A stretch of DNA of 64,000 nt, taken from the NCBI GenBank assembly GCA_963665295.1, contig OY762209.1, positions 1,728,001 through 1,792,000 of the forward strand. Direction: 5' to 3'. A program made the position numbers and the translations under genes. This document shows positions 20,640 to 28,338 of this stretch, piece by piece. Source of the stretch: Syntrophorhabdaceae bacterium (GTDB lineage: Bacteria; Desulfobacterota; Syntrophorhabdia; Syntrophorhabdales; Syntrophorhabdaceae). The number at the start of each line of letters is the position of its first letter. Within the stretch, counting starts at the first letter, position 1. The notes beneath the pieces are model-generated. The model was not told the DNA's origin. It was given only the letters and a program-made list of their open reading frames with translations, and ran no database searches.

Positions 20640-20667
20640 AGTATAACACAGCAAAAGGACGTGTCAA
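20640..20667 (-). promoter_or_regulatory. Near-consensus sigma70 promoter, antisense to the phage operon
   Basis: Minus strand TTGACA-N16-TATACT with extended -10 (TGTTATACT). Confidence 0.7.
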
Positions 20668-20671
20668 GGGG

Positions 20672-20899
20672 CCGATCGACACCGCCCGGCTTCGGAACGC
20701 CACAAATTACAGAGCCTATGCGAACAGGGTGAAAATAGGCACGAATGCAGTGTATTCCGCCATTCATCAGTTCGGAGGCAAGACAGGCAGGAGCCCTAAA
20801 GTTACGATTCCCGCCCGGCCGTATCTCGCGGTCCACGATGAGGATTGGCCGGAGATCAAAAGGGTAATTGAGAACTATCTCACGAGGAGGAACGCATAA
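20672..20899 (+). pseudogene. C-terminal half of a Mu gpG-like virion morphogenesis (tail-completion) gene
   Basis: IDTARLRN...IGTNAVYSAIHQFGG...IPARPYL motifs; N-terminal half and a credible start are absent. Confidence 0.75.
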
Positions 20900-22062
20900 T
20901 GCCAAACTACATCGAGCGCCGATTCCCCGTCTTTAAGGCGGGCACACACACGGATTCGGGAGGGCAGCAAAGAACCTGGACCCCTGCCGATCTCGACCAT
21001 ATGGCTTCGGCCTACGATCCCGCTCACCACGAAGCCCCCGTGGTGATAGGTCACCCCAAAGACAATTCACCGGCCTTCGGCTGGGTCAAGGGCTTGAGCC
21101 ACGAGGACGGCATGATCTACGCCCGGGCGGAACTTGTTCCGGAATTCGATGAAATGGTGCGGAAGGGCCTTTTCAAGAAGCGTTCCATCTCGCTCTATGA
21201 AGACGGCTCGCTGAGACATATCGGGTTCCTCGGGGCAAGGCCGCCCGCGGTAAAGGGGCTCCCTGATATCCGGTTCAACGACGGGAAGGAGGCTGCGGTC
21301 GTCATCGTGACGAACAGTCTCCAGGGACCGAACGGAAACGAAGTGCCCCGCGGCAAACCAAGGGGTTTCAAAGGCGATTACCCCGCCTTGACACTGTTTC
21401 GAAGCACGCTTCGGGGTATGGGCCCGCGGGGCAATCAACCACAAGGAGGTAGAGAAATGAAATTTTTCGAATGGGCCAGACAACTGGCCGGCAAGGAAGG
21501 GGTCACCCTCGAAGACCTGCCCCCGTCCTTTTCCGAGGCGGAGATTGAGAAGAGGATCGAAAAGGCCTTGACGGAGGAGCGAACGAGGATTGCCACGGGG
21601 TTTGCCGAGGCGCGGAAGGCGGAGGAGGAAAAACTGAGAAAGAGGGAAGAGGACCTCAACGCAAAGGAAAGAGAGGCGAGAAACAAGGGCATCGCCTCAT
21701 TCTGCGAGGCCCTGGAAAGGGAGGGGAGGCTTACCCCGGCTATGATGAAGGCGGGTATGGGCATGACGAACTTCCTCACCGCCATCGGTTCCATGGATGG
21801 GACCATCGAGTTCGGGGAGACAGACCACAAGACCTCGCAGACCCCCCTCGAGTTCATGGAGATGTTTCTCCGAGGGCTCCCCAAAGCCATAGAATTCGGC
21901 GAAGTGGCCTTTGCGGGCAAGGACCCCGGGGCAAAGGGGGACTCCGGGAAATGGGAAAGGCTCGTGGAGAGCTACATGGAAAAGAATCCCTCGGCGTCAT
22001 ACAGGGAAGCGATACTCATTGTGTCGAAGGAGAACCCGGAGCTTTTTCAGGAAAGGGAGTAG
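20899..22062 (+). CDS. Mu gpI-like prohead protease with C-terminal scaffold
   Basis: APVVIGHP, PAFGWV, FKKRSIS, LRHIGFLGARPPAVKGL. Confidence 0.88.
   Translation: MPNYIERRFPVFKAGTHTDSGGQQRTWTPADLDHMASAYDPAHHEAPVVIGHPKDNSPAFGWVKGLSHEDGMIYARAELVPEFDEMVRKGLFKKRSISLYEDGSLRHIGFLGARPPAVKGLPDIRFNDGKEAAVVIVTNSLQGPNGNEVPRGKPRGFKGDYPALTLFRSTLRGMGPRGNQPQGGREMKFFEWARQLAGKEGVTLEDLPPSFSEAEIEKRIEKALTEERTRIATGFAEARKAEEEKLRKREEDLNAKEREARNKGIASFCEALEREGRLTPAMMKAGMGMTNFLTAIGSMDGTIEFGETDHKTSQTPLEFMEMFLRGLPKAIEFGEVAFAGKDPGAKGDSGKWERLVESYMEKNPSASYREAILIVSKENPELFQERE
21457..22062 (+). CDS. Nested in-frame scaffolding protein (Mu gpZ-like)
   Basis: AAGGAGGT RBS six nt before the in-frame ATG 21457; coiled-coil product. 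Confidence 0.65.
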   Translation: MKFFEWARQLAGKEGVTLEDLPPSFSEAEIEKRIEKALTEERTRIATGFAEARKAEEEKLRKREEDLNAKEREARNKGIASFCEALEREGRLTPAMMKAGMGMTNFLTAIGSMDGTIEFGETDHKTSQTPLEFMEMFLRGLPKAIEFGEVAFAGKDPGAKGDSGKWERLVESYMEKNPSASYREAILIVSKENPELFQERE

Positions 22063-22109
22063 AGGGTCCGCGGTTCCAACGACCTAAAGGGTTAATACAA
22101 GGAGGCAAT

Positions 22110-22493
22110 ATGATAGGACAGACCACAGGATTGGAGAAATCGGTAAAGTGCGGGGCAGCCGTACCTGAGGCGTATACCATCGCCAAATTCGGCGCGGACG
22201 ACGATACCATGTCCCTTGCCACAGGGGCATCGGACATGCTCGCCGGTGTTTTCCAGCATACCACCACGGAGGCGGGAGAAGAGGTGCGCCTTATGATGGG
22301 AGGGGTGACGAAGATCAGACTCGGCGGGTCGGTCACCAGGGGGCATGCCCTCACGTCCGACGCGTCGGGCCGGGGAATCTCCGCCGCCCCCGCAACGGGA
22401 AGCAACGCCCGCGTTATTGGTGTGAGTCTCGCGAGCGGTGCCTCGGGAGACATTGTCACCATGCTCATCGCCCCGTCCGTAATACAGGGGTAA
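22110..22493 (+). CDS. Capsid decoration/cement protein (DUF2190-like)
   Basis: GGSVTRGHALTSDASGRG...ASGASGDIV; AAGGAGG RBS. Confidence 0.8.
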   Translation: MIGQTTGLEKSVKCGAAVPEAYTIAKFGADDDTMSLATGASDMLAGVFQHTTTEAGEEVRLMMGGVTKIRLGGSVTRGHALTSDASGRGISAAPATGSNARVIGVSLASGASGDIVTMLIAPSVIQG

Positions 22494-22549
22494 GAGCCAT
22501 TCAGGCGGCTTAAAGACGTTCGAGGGATTAAGAAAAGGAGGAAGACCAC

Positions 22550-23488
22550 ATGTCCGAACCGAGACAATTGCACGTAGACAGCGTATTATCGAATCTTTCC
22601 ATCAAATACAGGAACGAAGCCATGATCTGGCCCAGGGTCCTGCCCCAGGTTAAAGTGGGTTTCCGGTCAAACAAGTTCGACAGGTATAACAAAGAGGACA
22701 GCTACCGCCTCGCCGCCGACCATATCGGCCCGAAATCTCTCCCCAACGAAGCGGAGTGGGGAGTGACCCAGGACAACTATTCCGTGAAGGACCACGCCCT
22801 CGGGGAATGGCTCCCTCAGGAAAGCATAGACAACGCGGACAATCCCCTTCAGCCGGAGATGGATACCAACGATTTCCTGAACCTTCTCCTCGATATTGCC
22901 CAGGAGAGAAGAGTGGCGAACCTGGTTTTCAGCGCCGCCGCCTATCCCACGGGGAACAGGGTCAGCCTCTCGGGTACCTCCCAGTGGGGCGGGTCCGCGG
23001 ACGACCCCATAGGGAACCTCCTCACTGCGGTGGAATCCTGTTTCATCCGGGCCAACACAGTGGTAATGGGGGCGGAAACGTGGCTCACCTTCCGCAAGTT
23101 GCCGGAAATCCTCGACGCGGTAAAAGGAGGGTCCCGCTACCAGGGGAGCCCCGGAGGGCTTGCCACCACAGACGAGTGCCGGGGCCTCTTCGAAGTGGAG
23201 AACTGGCTCGTGGGGAGGGGCCGCTACATTACCTCTCCCGAAGGGCAGACCTCCGCGTTTTCAAGGCTGTGGGGCAAGCATTGCGCGGCCCTCTACGTGG
23301 ACCCGAACCCGGGGGTTAAGACCGTCACTTTCGGGGTTACCTTTTCCGAGATGCTCCGCCAGACCCAGCGCGATTTCGACCCCAAAAGGGGCATTAAGGG
23401 TGCCCACTATTTCAAGGTAGCCTGGAACTCGGACGAGAAGATCATCGCAAGCGACCTGGGGTATTTGATCGAGAACGCGGTACCGTAA
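22550..23488 (+). CDS. Major capsid protein (HK97 fold)
   Basis: HVDSVLSNLSIKYRN, ERRVANLV, LSGTSQW, DPI, LWG, GYLIENAV. Confidence 0.88.
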   Translation: MSEPRQLHVDSVLSNLSIKYRNEAMIWPRVLPQVKVGFRSNKFDRYNKEDSYRLAADHIGPKSLPNEAEWGVTQDNYSVKDHALGEWLPQESIDNADNPLQPEMDTNDFLNLLLDIAQERRVANLVFSAAAYPTGNRVSLSGTSQWGGSADDPIGNLLTAVESCFIRANTVVMGAETWLTFRKLPEILDAVKGGSRYQGSPGGLATTDECRGLFEVENWLVGRGRYITSPEGQTSAFSRLWGKHCAALYVDPNPGVKTVTFGVTFSEMLRQTQRDFDPKRGIKGAHYFKVAWNSDEKIIASDLGYLIENAVP

Positions 23489-23504
23489 GAAAGGAGCTGA
23501 TCGA

Positions 23505-23669
23505 ATGCCCGCATACAGAGTGTTGGATGCACATATATACCACGACGGGGCCATGTACGGTCCCGGCGACATGGTGGAGCTTACGGAGGAACAGGCGGAA
23601 AAACTTCGTGTGGCAAAGGTGGCGGAGGGCCGGAAGAATCAGGAAAAGGGCGGCACGAGGAAACGATAG
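23505..23669 (+). CDS. Small head-associated protein (Mu gp35-like position), 54 aa, absent from the ORF track
   Basis: AAGGAG RBS; MPAYRVLDAHIYHDGAMYGPGDMVELTEEQAEKL... Confidence 0.65.
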   Translation: MPAYRVLDAHIYHDGAMYGPGDMVELTEEQAEKLRVAKVAEGRKNQEKGGTRKR

Positions 23670-23686
23670 CGCGTCCCGGAGGAACC

Positions 23687-24118
23687 ATGTACAGTACCAT
23701 CGATGATTTGAAAAAACTGATCCCGGAGGAAACCCTCATCCAACTCACGGACGACGAGGGGAAAGGGGTGGTAGTGGTCACCCGGGCGGAAGAGGCTATA
23801 GCGCAGGCGGATGGGGAGATTGATTCGTATTGCGCCGTGAAATACGCGGTTCCCCTCGTCCCCGTCCCCGGGATCGTGAAGAAATGTTCCGTCGACATGG
23901 CCCTCTATAACCTTTACAGTCGTCGCGTGGAGGAGATCCCTTCCACCCGCGCCGACCGTTACCGGAATGCGGTCCGCCTTCTCGAGGGAATAGTGAAAGG
24001 GACCGTATCCCTCGGAGAGGTCCCCGGAGCGGAGGCTCCAAGGCAGGGCGATTGGATCGAATCGACCCGGGAGGAAAGTGAAAGGACCGTGACGAGGTCG
24101 AGGCTGGAGGGATTCTGA
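23687..24118 (+). CDS. Mu gp36-like head-tail adaptor (DUF1320)
   Basis: MYSTIDDL...LIQLTDD...ADGEIDSY...YAVPL...RYRNAVRLLE...GTVSLG. Confidence 0.88.
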   Translation: MYSTIDDLKKLIPEETLIQLTDDEGKGVVVVTRAEEAIAQADGEIDSYCAVKYAVPLVPVPGIVKKCSVDMALYNLYSRRVEEIPSTRADRYRNAVRLLEGIVKGTVSLGEVPGAEAPRQGDWIESTREESERTVTRSRLEGF

Positions 24119-24120
24119 CA

Positions 24121-24627
24121 ATGAGGACAGACACGGACGCGGGATGGGGGAGGGATGAATGGGCCGACCAGCCCTACGGCGGGTTATTGGATACCGTTGT
24201 CGCCATAGAAGAGGCGATAAAGGCCGGGATCAGGGATGCCATGCCCTATGTGAAGACGGTGGATACCTACGCGGGCCAGCTCGAAGAGGATATCTCCCGC
24301 CTTGTCCAACCCTTTCCCGCGGTCTTCGTTACTTACGGAGGCTCGGCGTTTGAGTGGGTGGACGGCCGCAGTTTCAGCGCTGCACCGGATTTTTCGGTTA
24401 TCGTGGCGGCCAGGGATTTGAGGGGCAAAGAGGATTTGAGGAAGGCCGAATACGGTTGCTACCGGATGGTCGCAGACGCCCTCGCCGCCATCGCCAACCA
24501 GACCTTCGGGCTGGACATCCTGCCCATGAAGCCCGTCAAGGTGGCGCTCATGCTGGTTTCAAGGACCGTGGCAGCCTATGGCATAGATTTTCAGACCGCC
24601 TTCGACACCGTCTATCCCCCGCAATAG
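24121..24627 (+). CDS. Mu gp37-like neck/tail-terminator protein (DUF1834)
   Basis: IEEAI, VDTYAGQL, FPAVFVTYGG; synteny after gp36. Confidence 0.75.
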   Translation: MRTDTDAGWGRDEWADQPYGGLLDTVVAIEEAIKAGIRDAMPYVKTVDTYAGQLEEDISRLVQPFPAVFVTYGGSAFEWVDGRSFSAAPDFSVIVAARDLRGKEDLRKAEYGCYRMVADALAAIANQTFGLDILPMKPVKVALMLVSRTVAAYGIDFQTAFDTVYPPQ

Positions 24628-24763
24628 AAGAAAGAGGAGGAAAGATAAGGAATATGAAGGAGGCGGAACCCGGTTCAGGGACGAGGTATTTGAAAGAGCC
24701 GCGAATACGGGGAATGCGACTGAAGGCAGCGATGATATGACAAGTTCAGAGGAGGGATAAACC

Positions 24764-25825
24764 ATGCCAAGCGGAGTGGCGGGAGTAGAAGTAAGAGGGG
24801 CATTGAAAAAGGCCTCGGCGTGGGGCGCGGCGGTGGCGTGCGCAACGGGTGACGGAATACTGATGTTGCCGTCGAGCCTCAGGAAGGACGCACCGATCGA
24901 AATCGACGATTCAATGGGCACATTTTTCAGCAAGGACGGCCTTCCCGGCACCATCAAGGTGGAGGGGGACCTTCTCGCGTATTTGAGGTATGACGGCCTG
25001 GACGTGCCCATCGCCCTTGCCATGGGCATTGCGGGCGCGCCGGCCCAGCAGGGGGCTGCCGCCGCCTATGGGTTCACCTACAGGTTCGCCACGTCGGTGG
25101 ATGGTTTGTTCGCGAGCTTCGCGCAACACATGAAGAACTACATCATGGAAATCCCGTCCCTCAAGGTGACCGGATTCACCATCAAGGGGGAAACGGGCAA
25201 AGCCGTGGAGATCACCTTTCACACGATCTCAATCAACAAGGTCTATGACTCGGCAGTCAATACGACTGCCACATTCGATAATGTCACCTATTTCGAGCAG
25301 CAGAACCGTATAAAGTTCTCCGAGTCGGTGTTCCGGATGAACGACCAGGGCGGCGCGGCCCTCGGCTCCGGTGACAGGATATACCCGAGTTCCTTTGAGC
25401 TTTCAGTGAAGAGGAAGCTGAAAGGAGAGTATACGGGGGAGTTCAAATACACCGGCGGCTCGAATGTGCAGGATTTGATTGATGAGCCCACCAATGACGG
25501 CATGCCGGAAATCAGTCTGAAAATAGTTTTTCCGAGGCACACGGGCACGACGTATCTCGCGGCCCTCGGCACGGATACGCGAAAGAAGATGGACATTACC
25601 TTTACGGGAGCGAATATCGCCTCCGCCTACAACAGGACTTTTGCGCTCCGGTTCCCCCACCTGCAACTCAGGAACGACGATCCCGCGGATGCGGCGGGGA
25701 TCATCAGGGAACCCCTGGAATTTATCGTTCACGGGGCAGTGACCGCGCCCGTGGGTATGACGGGGTGTACGGACCCCCTGTGGATAAGCGGGATCAATAA
25801 GCGCTCCACCGACCCTCTGGCATAG
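24764..25825 (+). CDS. Major tail tube protein (non-contractile)
   Basis: Beta-rich, siphoviral tube-like sequence; position before the chaperones and tape measure; no sheath gene. Confidence 0.7.
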   Translation: MPSGVAGVEVRGALKKASAWGAAVACATGDGILMLPSSLRKDAPIEIDDSMGTFFSKDGLPGTIKVEGDLLAYLRYDGLDVPIALAMGIAGAPAQQGAAAAYGFTYRFATSVDGLFASFAQHMKNYIMEIPSLKVTGFTIKGETGKAVEITFHTISINKVYDSAVNTTATFDNVTYFEQQNRIKFSESVFRMNDQGGAALGSGDRIYPSSFELSVKRKLKGEYTGEFKYTGGSNVQDLIDEPTNDGMPEISLKIVFPRHTGTTYLAALGTDTRKKMDITFTGANIASAYNRTFALRFPHLQLRNDDPADAAGIIREPLEFIVHGAVTAPVGMTGCTDPLWISGINKRSTDPLA

Positions 25826-25950
25826 GTGGCGTGTCTGAGGCGCATCCTCGATCGTTCCCTCGCGGACCGTGCCGTTTCGACCTTTGTCGTACCCACGGTG
25901 CCGGGGACTTAGGGGTTTCACGGAATAAGAACTGTCATAAGGAGGTATAC

Positions 25951-26364
25951 ATGGAGTTACGGGGATTGAAGAATGAAAGTTTACAGGGTTGGGTGCCCTT
26001 TGATGATGATACGGAGATACTCATTGCCTATGTGTCGAGGGAGGACCTGAGGGTGCTCAGAAAAGAGGCTACTTCCCTGAAGTTCATGAGGCACGGGAAG
26101 TCGGAAGAGACCGATGCGAAAGAGGCGGACAGGCTCCTGGGAAGAAAGGCCGTCAAGGACTGGCGGGCGCTTCCCGGGAGAAAGGGTTTTACCATGGGTG
26201 GAGAGCCCTTCAGGTATTCTCCGGAGAACTGTGATTTCCTCATGGAGAGGTTCAACGAATTCGCGAATTTCGTGAATGAGACCGCCATCGATTTTGTGAC
26301 CTTCGTGGAGGAGGAGAAGGAAGAAACGCTAAAAAACTCCTCAGCCACATCAGGGCAAGGATAG
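25951..26364 (+). CDS. Tail assembly chaperone (gpG-type)
   Basis: TAAGGAGGT RBS; ends at a slippery A-AAA-AAC site. Confidence 0.75.
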   Translation: MELRGLKNESLQGWVPFDDDTEILIAYVSREDLRVLRKEATSLKFMRHGKSEETDAKEADRLLGRKAVKDWRALPGRKGFTMGGEPFRYSPENCDFLMERFNEFANFVNETAIDFVTFVEEEKEETLKNSSATSGQG

Positions 26365-26645
26365 ACTTTCCTGGTGTGTCGTGCGAGGAATGCGAGCGGG
26401 GCCGGCAGATCGACGGCGACGTGCCCCGTTGCGAGACGGAGCAGGGCTGCATCATTCCGTCCCTGGAGGGGACGGGCGCGCGGGTCATGGCGATGAGGGA
26501 AAGATTGACAAGCCTCAAGGGCCTGGTCGACAGCGGAACTGTCCTGGCCTTATACGAAGCGACGAGGGAAGACCTGGAAATGCTTGCGAAGGTGGAAGAG
26601 GCGATGGGAACAATGAAACAACCGGGGAGTATGAAAAATGGCTGA
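26337..26645 (+). CDS. -1 frameshift extension of the tail assembly chaperone (gpT-type)
   Basis: -1 frame is open from the slippery site 26331-26337 into track ORF 26376-26645 (CEEC...C...C). Confidence 0.75.
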   Translation, partial: LLSHIRARIDFPGVSCEECERGRQIDGDVPRCETEQGCIIPSLEGTGARVMAMRERLTSLKGLVDSGTVLALYEATREDLEMLAKVEEAMGTMKQPGSMKNG

Positions 26646-28338
26646 GCTGAGGATCACAGGCACCGGGGACAAGGACATCCGGAGAGGGCCCTTAGCGGTG
26701 AAGGACAACCTGCCATCTGCCTTTCGCCGGGCGGGGTGCGCCAGGTTCATCTCCGCTTTCGACATGCTGAAGACCGGGTTCGGCCCAATCATCACGGCCG
26801 GTCCCGTGTCTGCGCCCCTTATGATCGATTTGCCGGCCAGGCCAATGGATGATGTGGTGGAGGCGCAAATGCCCGACGCCATAATCAGTGCGCCCCGCAA
26901 CAGGGGATGTGGCACGCAGCAGGGCGGGCAACATGGGAATCCGCCAAAGGAGAAGGGCGTGGATTTCGTGTCACCCCTCTCTGTGGTGACGTCCACGGAC
27001 CGGCCGTGCGCCGGGACCCGTGGGTTGACCGGCGGCCGTATATGGGCCGCGCCGGGTGTGGCTGTACCAGGGGATACCCGCATATTACAGGCGACGGAAA
27101 CGTGCGGCCGTGACGGGCAATCCCGAAGAAGGGAGCCCACCGGATGCACGGGCATCGATACGGGGAGGGACCGGGCATGTCACGAGCCTGTCCTGTTCCT
27201 CGATAGGCGGGCGGCCGCGCCTCGGGTGACGGAGAAAGGCGTGACGAGTTGGATGGTCCCGAAAAACCCGGGCAGGACGTCTTCCAAAGTCCGTGTCCCG
27301 GCCATGGACAGGGTGGAGACGGAGGCTCGGGAGCCTTCCGGGTATCGCACCCGGTCCGGAGGATTGGGCGAGGCTGCCAACGGGACTGTCCGCCTCTTTG
27401 CCCCCTCTCCCGTCGCCCGCCTTGACGCGGGTGCGCCCAGACCCGAACACCGGTCCAGGTCCGGCAATATTGAAACAAGGGGCGTCAAAACAAGCCTTGC
27501 AGTCGATAGGCGGGCGGCCGGGACGGACCGGATCAGCCGGGCCTTTTCGAAATCCCCCAACCAGGCCAAGGAAGCGCTTGTGCATCAAATTCCCGCGCCG
27601 AGCCGCATCCTTCGGGAAAGAGGGGGCGTCCGGCACGTCGAGCTCCCGGAATTGAAGGGTGGAGAGGGGGCAAGGACGCCTGAAGGCTTCCGGAGAAGGA
27701 CCTTTGCCTCGTTGAGGGAGGTATTTCGTGTTGAAAGGGAAAAACTTCCTGCGAAAGGAAGAGCGGGTTTGGACGTCTTCGGGGAATTCCGGGACCCCGG
27801 GATGGCGGGGGCATACCAAACGATGGTGAAACAGGACAAGGGAGAGGTTTACAGGAAGGGTTATGACCCCATGTCCTTCCATGAACAATACGGTCTCCGG
27901 GGCAAGGTCCCGGAGTCGTCCCGTGTTATCGGCTCTCAGAAAACGGGCTCGACCGACCGGTTCGGGCGAATGGGCGTCCCTCCTCTTCGCGAGGGGGCGC
28001 ACATCGTGCCCGTGAAGAAAGACGTGAGGTCCGCGGTTATCGAGGTCCACGGGACGATTGAGACCACAGGGCTTATAACGGGCTATGCCGCGGGCACGGA
28101 CTATGTGCCCCGGACAGGCCTCTATCAGCTCCACAAAGGCGAGGCGGTAATACCCGCGAAAGAAAACAGGCGGGGCGGTTCGGGCCGTTCGGAGGACCCG
28201 CGCTCCCCGGCACCTTCCATTATCCTGTCGCCGGGGGCCATAGTCATCAATGGCGCCGACAAATCGCCCGAGGAACTGGCCCGCCTCATCGTAAAGCCTC
28301 TTGACAGGGAACTCAAAAGACTGGGGTATAGGTCATGA
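26638..28338 (+). CDS. Degenerate tape-measure-like protein
   Basis: TMP position; TMP-like termini (MAELRIT...; GYAAGTDYVPRTGLYQLHKGEAVIP...IVINGA); core rich in Arg/Pro/Gly. Confidence 0.6.
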   Translation: MAELRITGTGDKDIRRGPLAVKDNLPSAFRRAGCARFISAFDMLKTGFGPIITAGPVSAPLMIDLPARPMDDVVEAQMPDAIISAPRNRGCGTQQGGQHGNPPKEKGVDFVSPLSVVTSTDRPCAGTRGLTGGRIWAAPGVAVPGDTRILQATETCGRDGQSRRREPTGCTGIDTGRDRACHEPVLFLDRRAAAPRVTEKGVTSWMVPKNPGRTSSKVRVPAMDRVETEAREPSGYRTRSGGLGEAANGTVRLFAPSPVARLDAGAPRPEHRSRSGNIETRGVKTSLAVDRRAAGTDRISRAFSKSPNQAKEALVHQIPAPSRILRERGGVRHVELPELKGGEGARTPEGFRRRTFASLREVFRVEREKLPAKGRAGLDVFGEFRDPGMAGAYQTMVKQDKGEVYRKGYDPMSFHEQYGLRGKVPESSRVIGSQKTGSTDRFGRMGVPPLREGAHIVPVKKDVRSAVIEVHGTIETTGLITGYAAGTDYVPRTGLYQLHKGEAVIPAKENRRGGSGRSEDPRSPAPSIILSPGAIVINGADKSPEELARLIVKPLDRELKRLGYRS

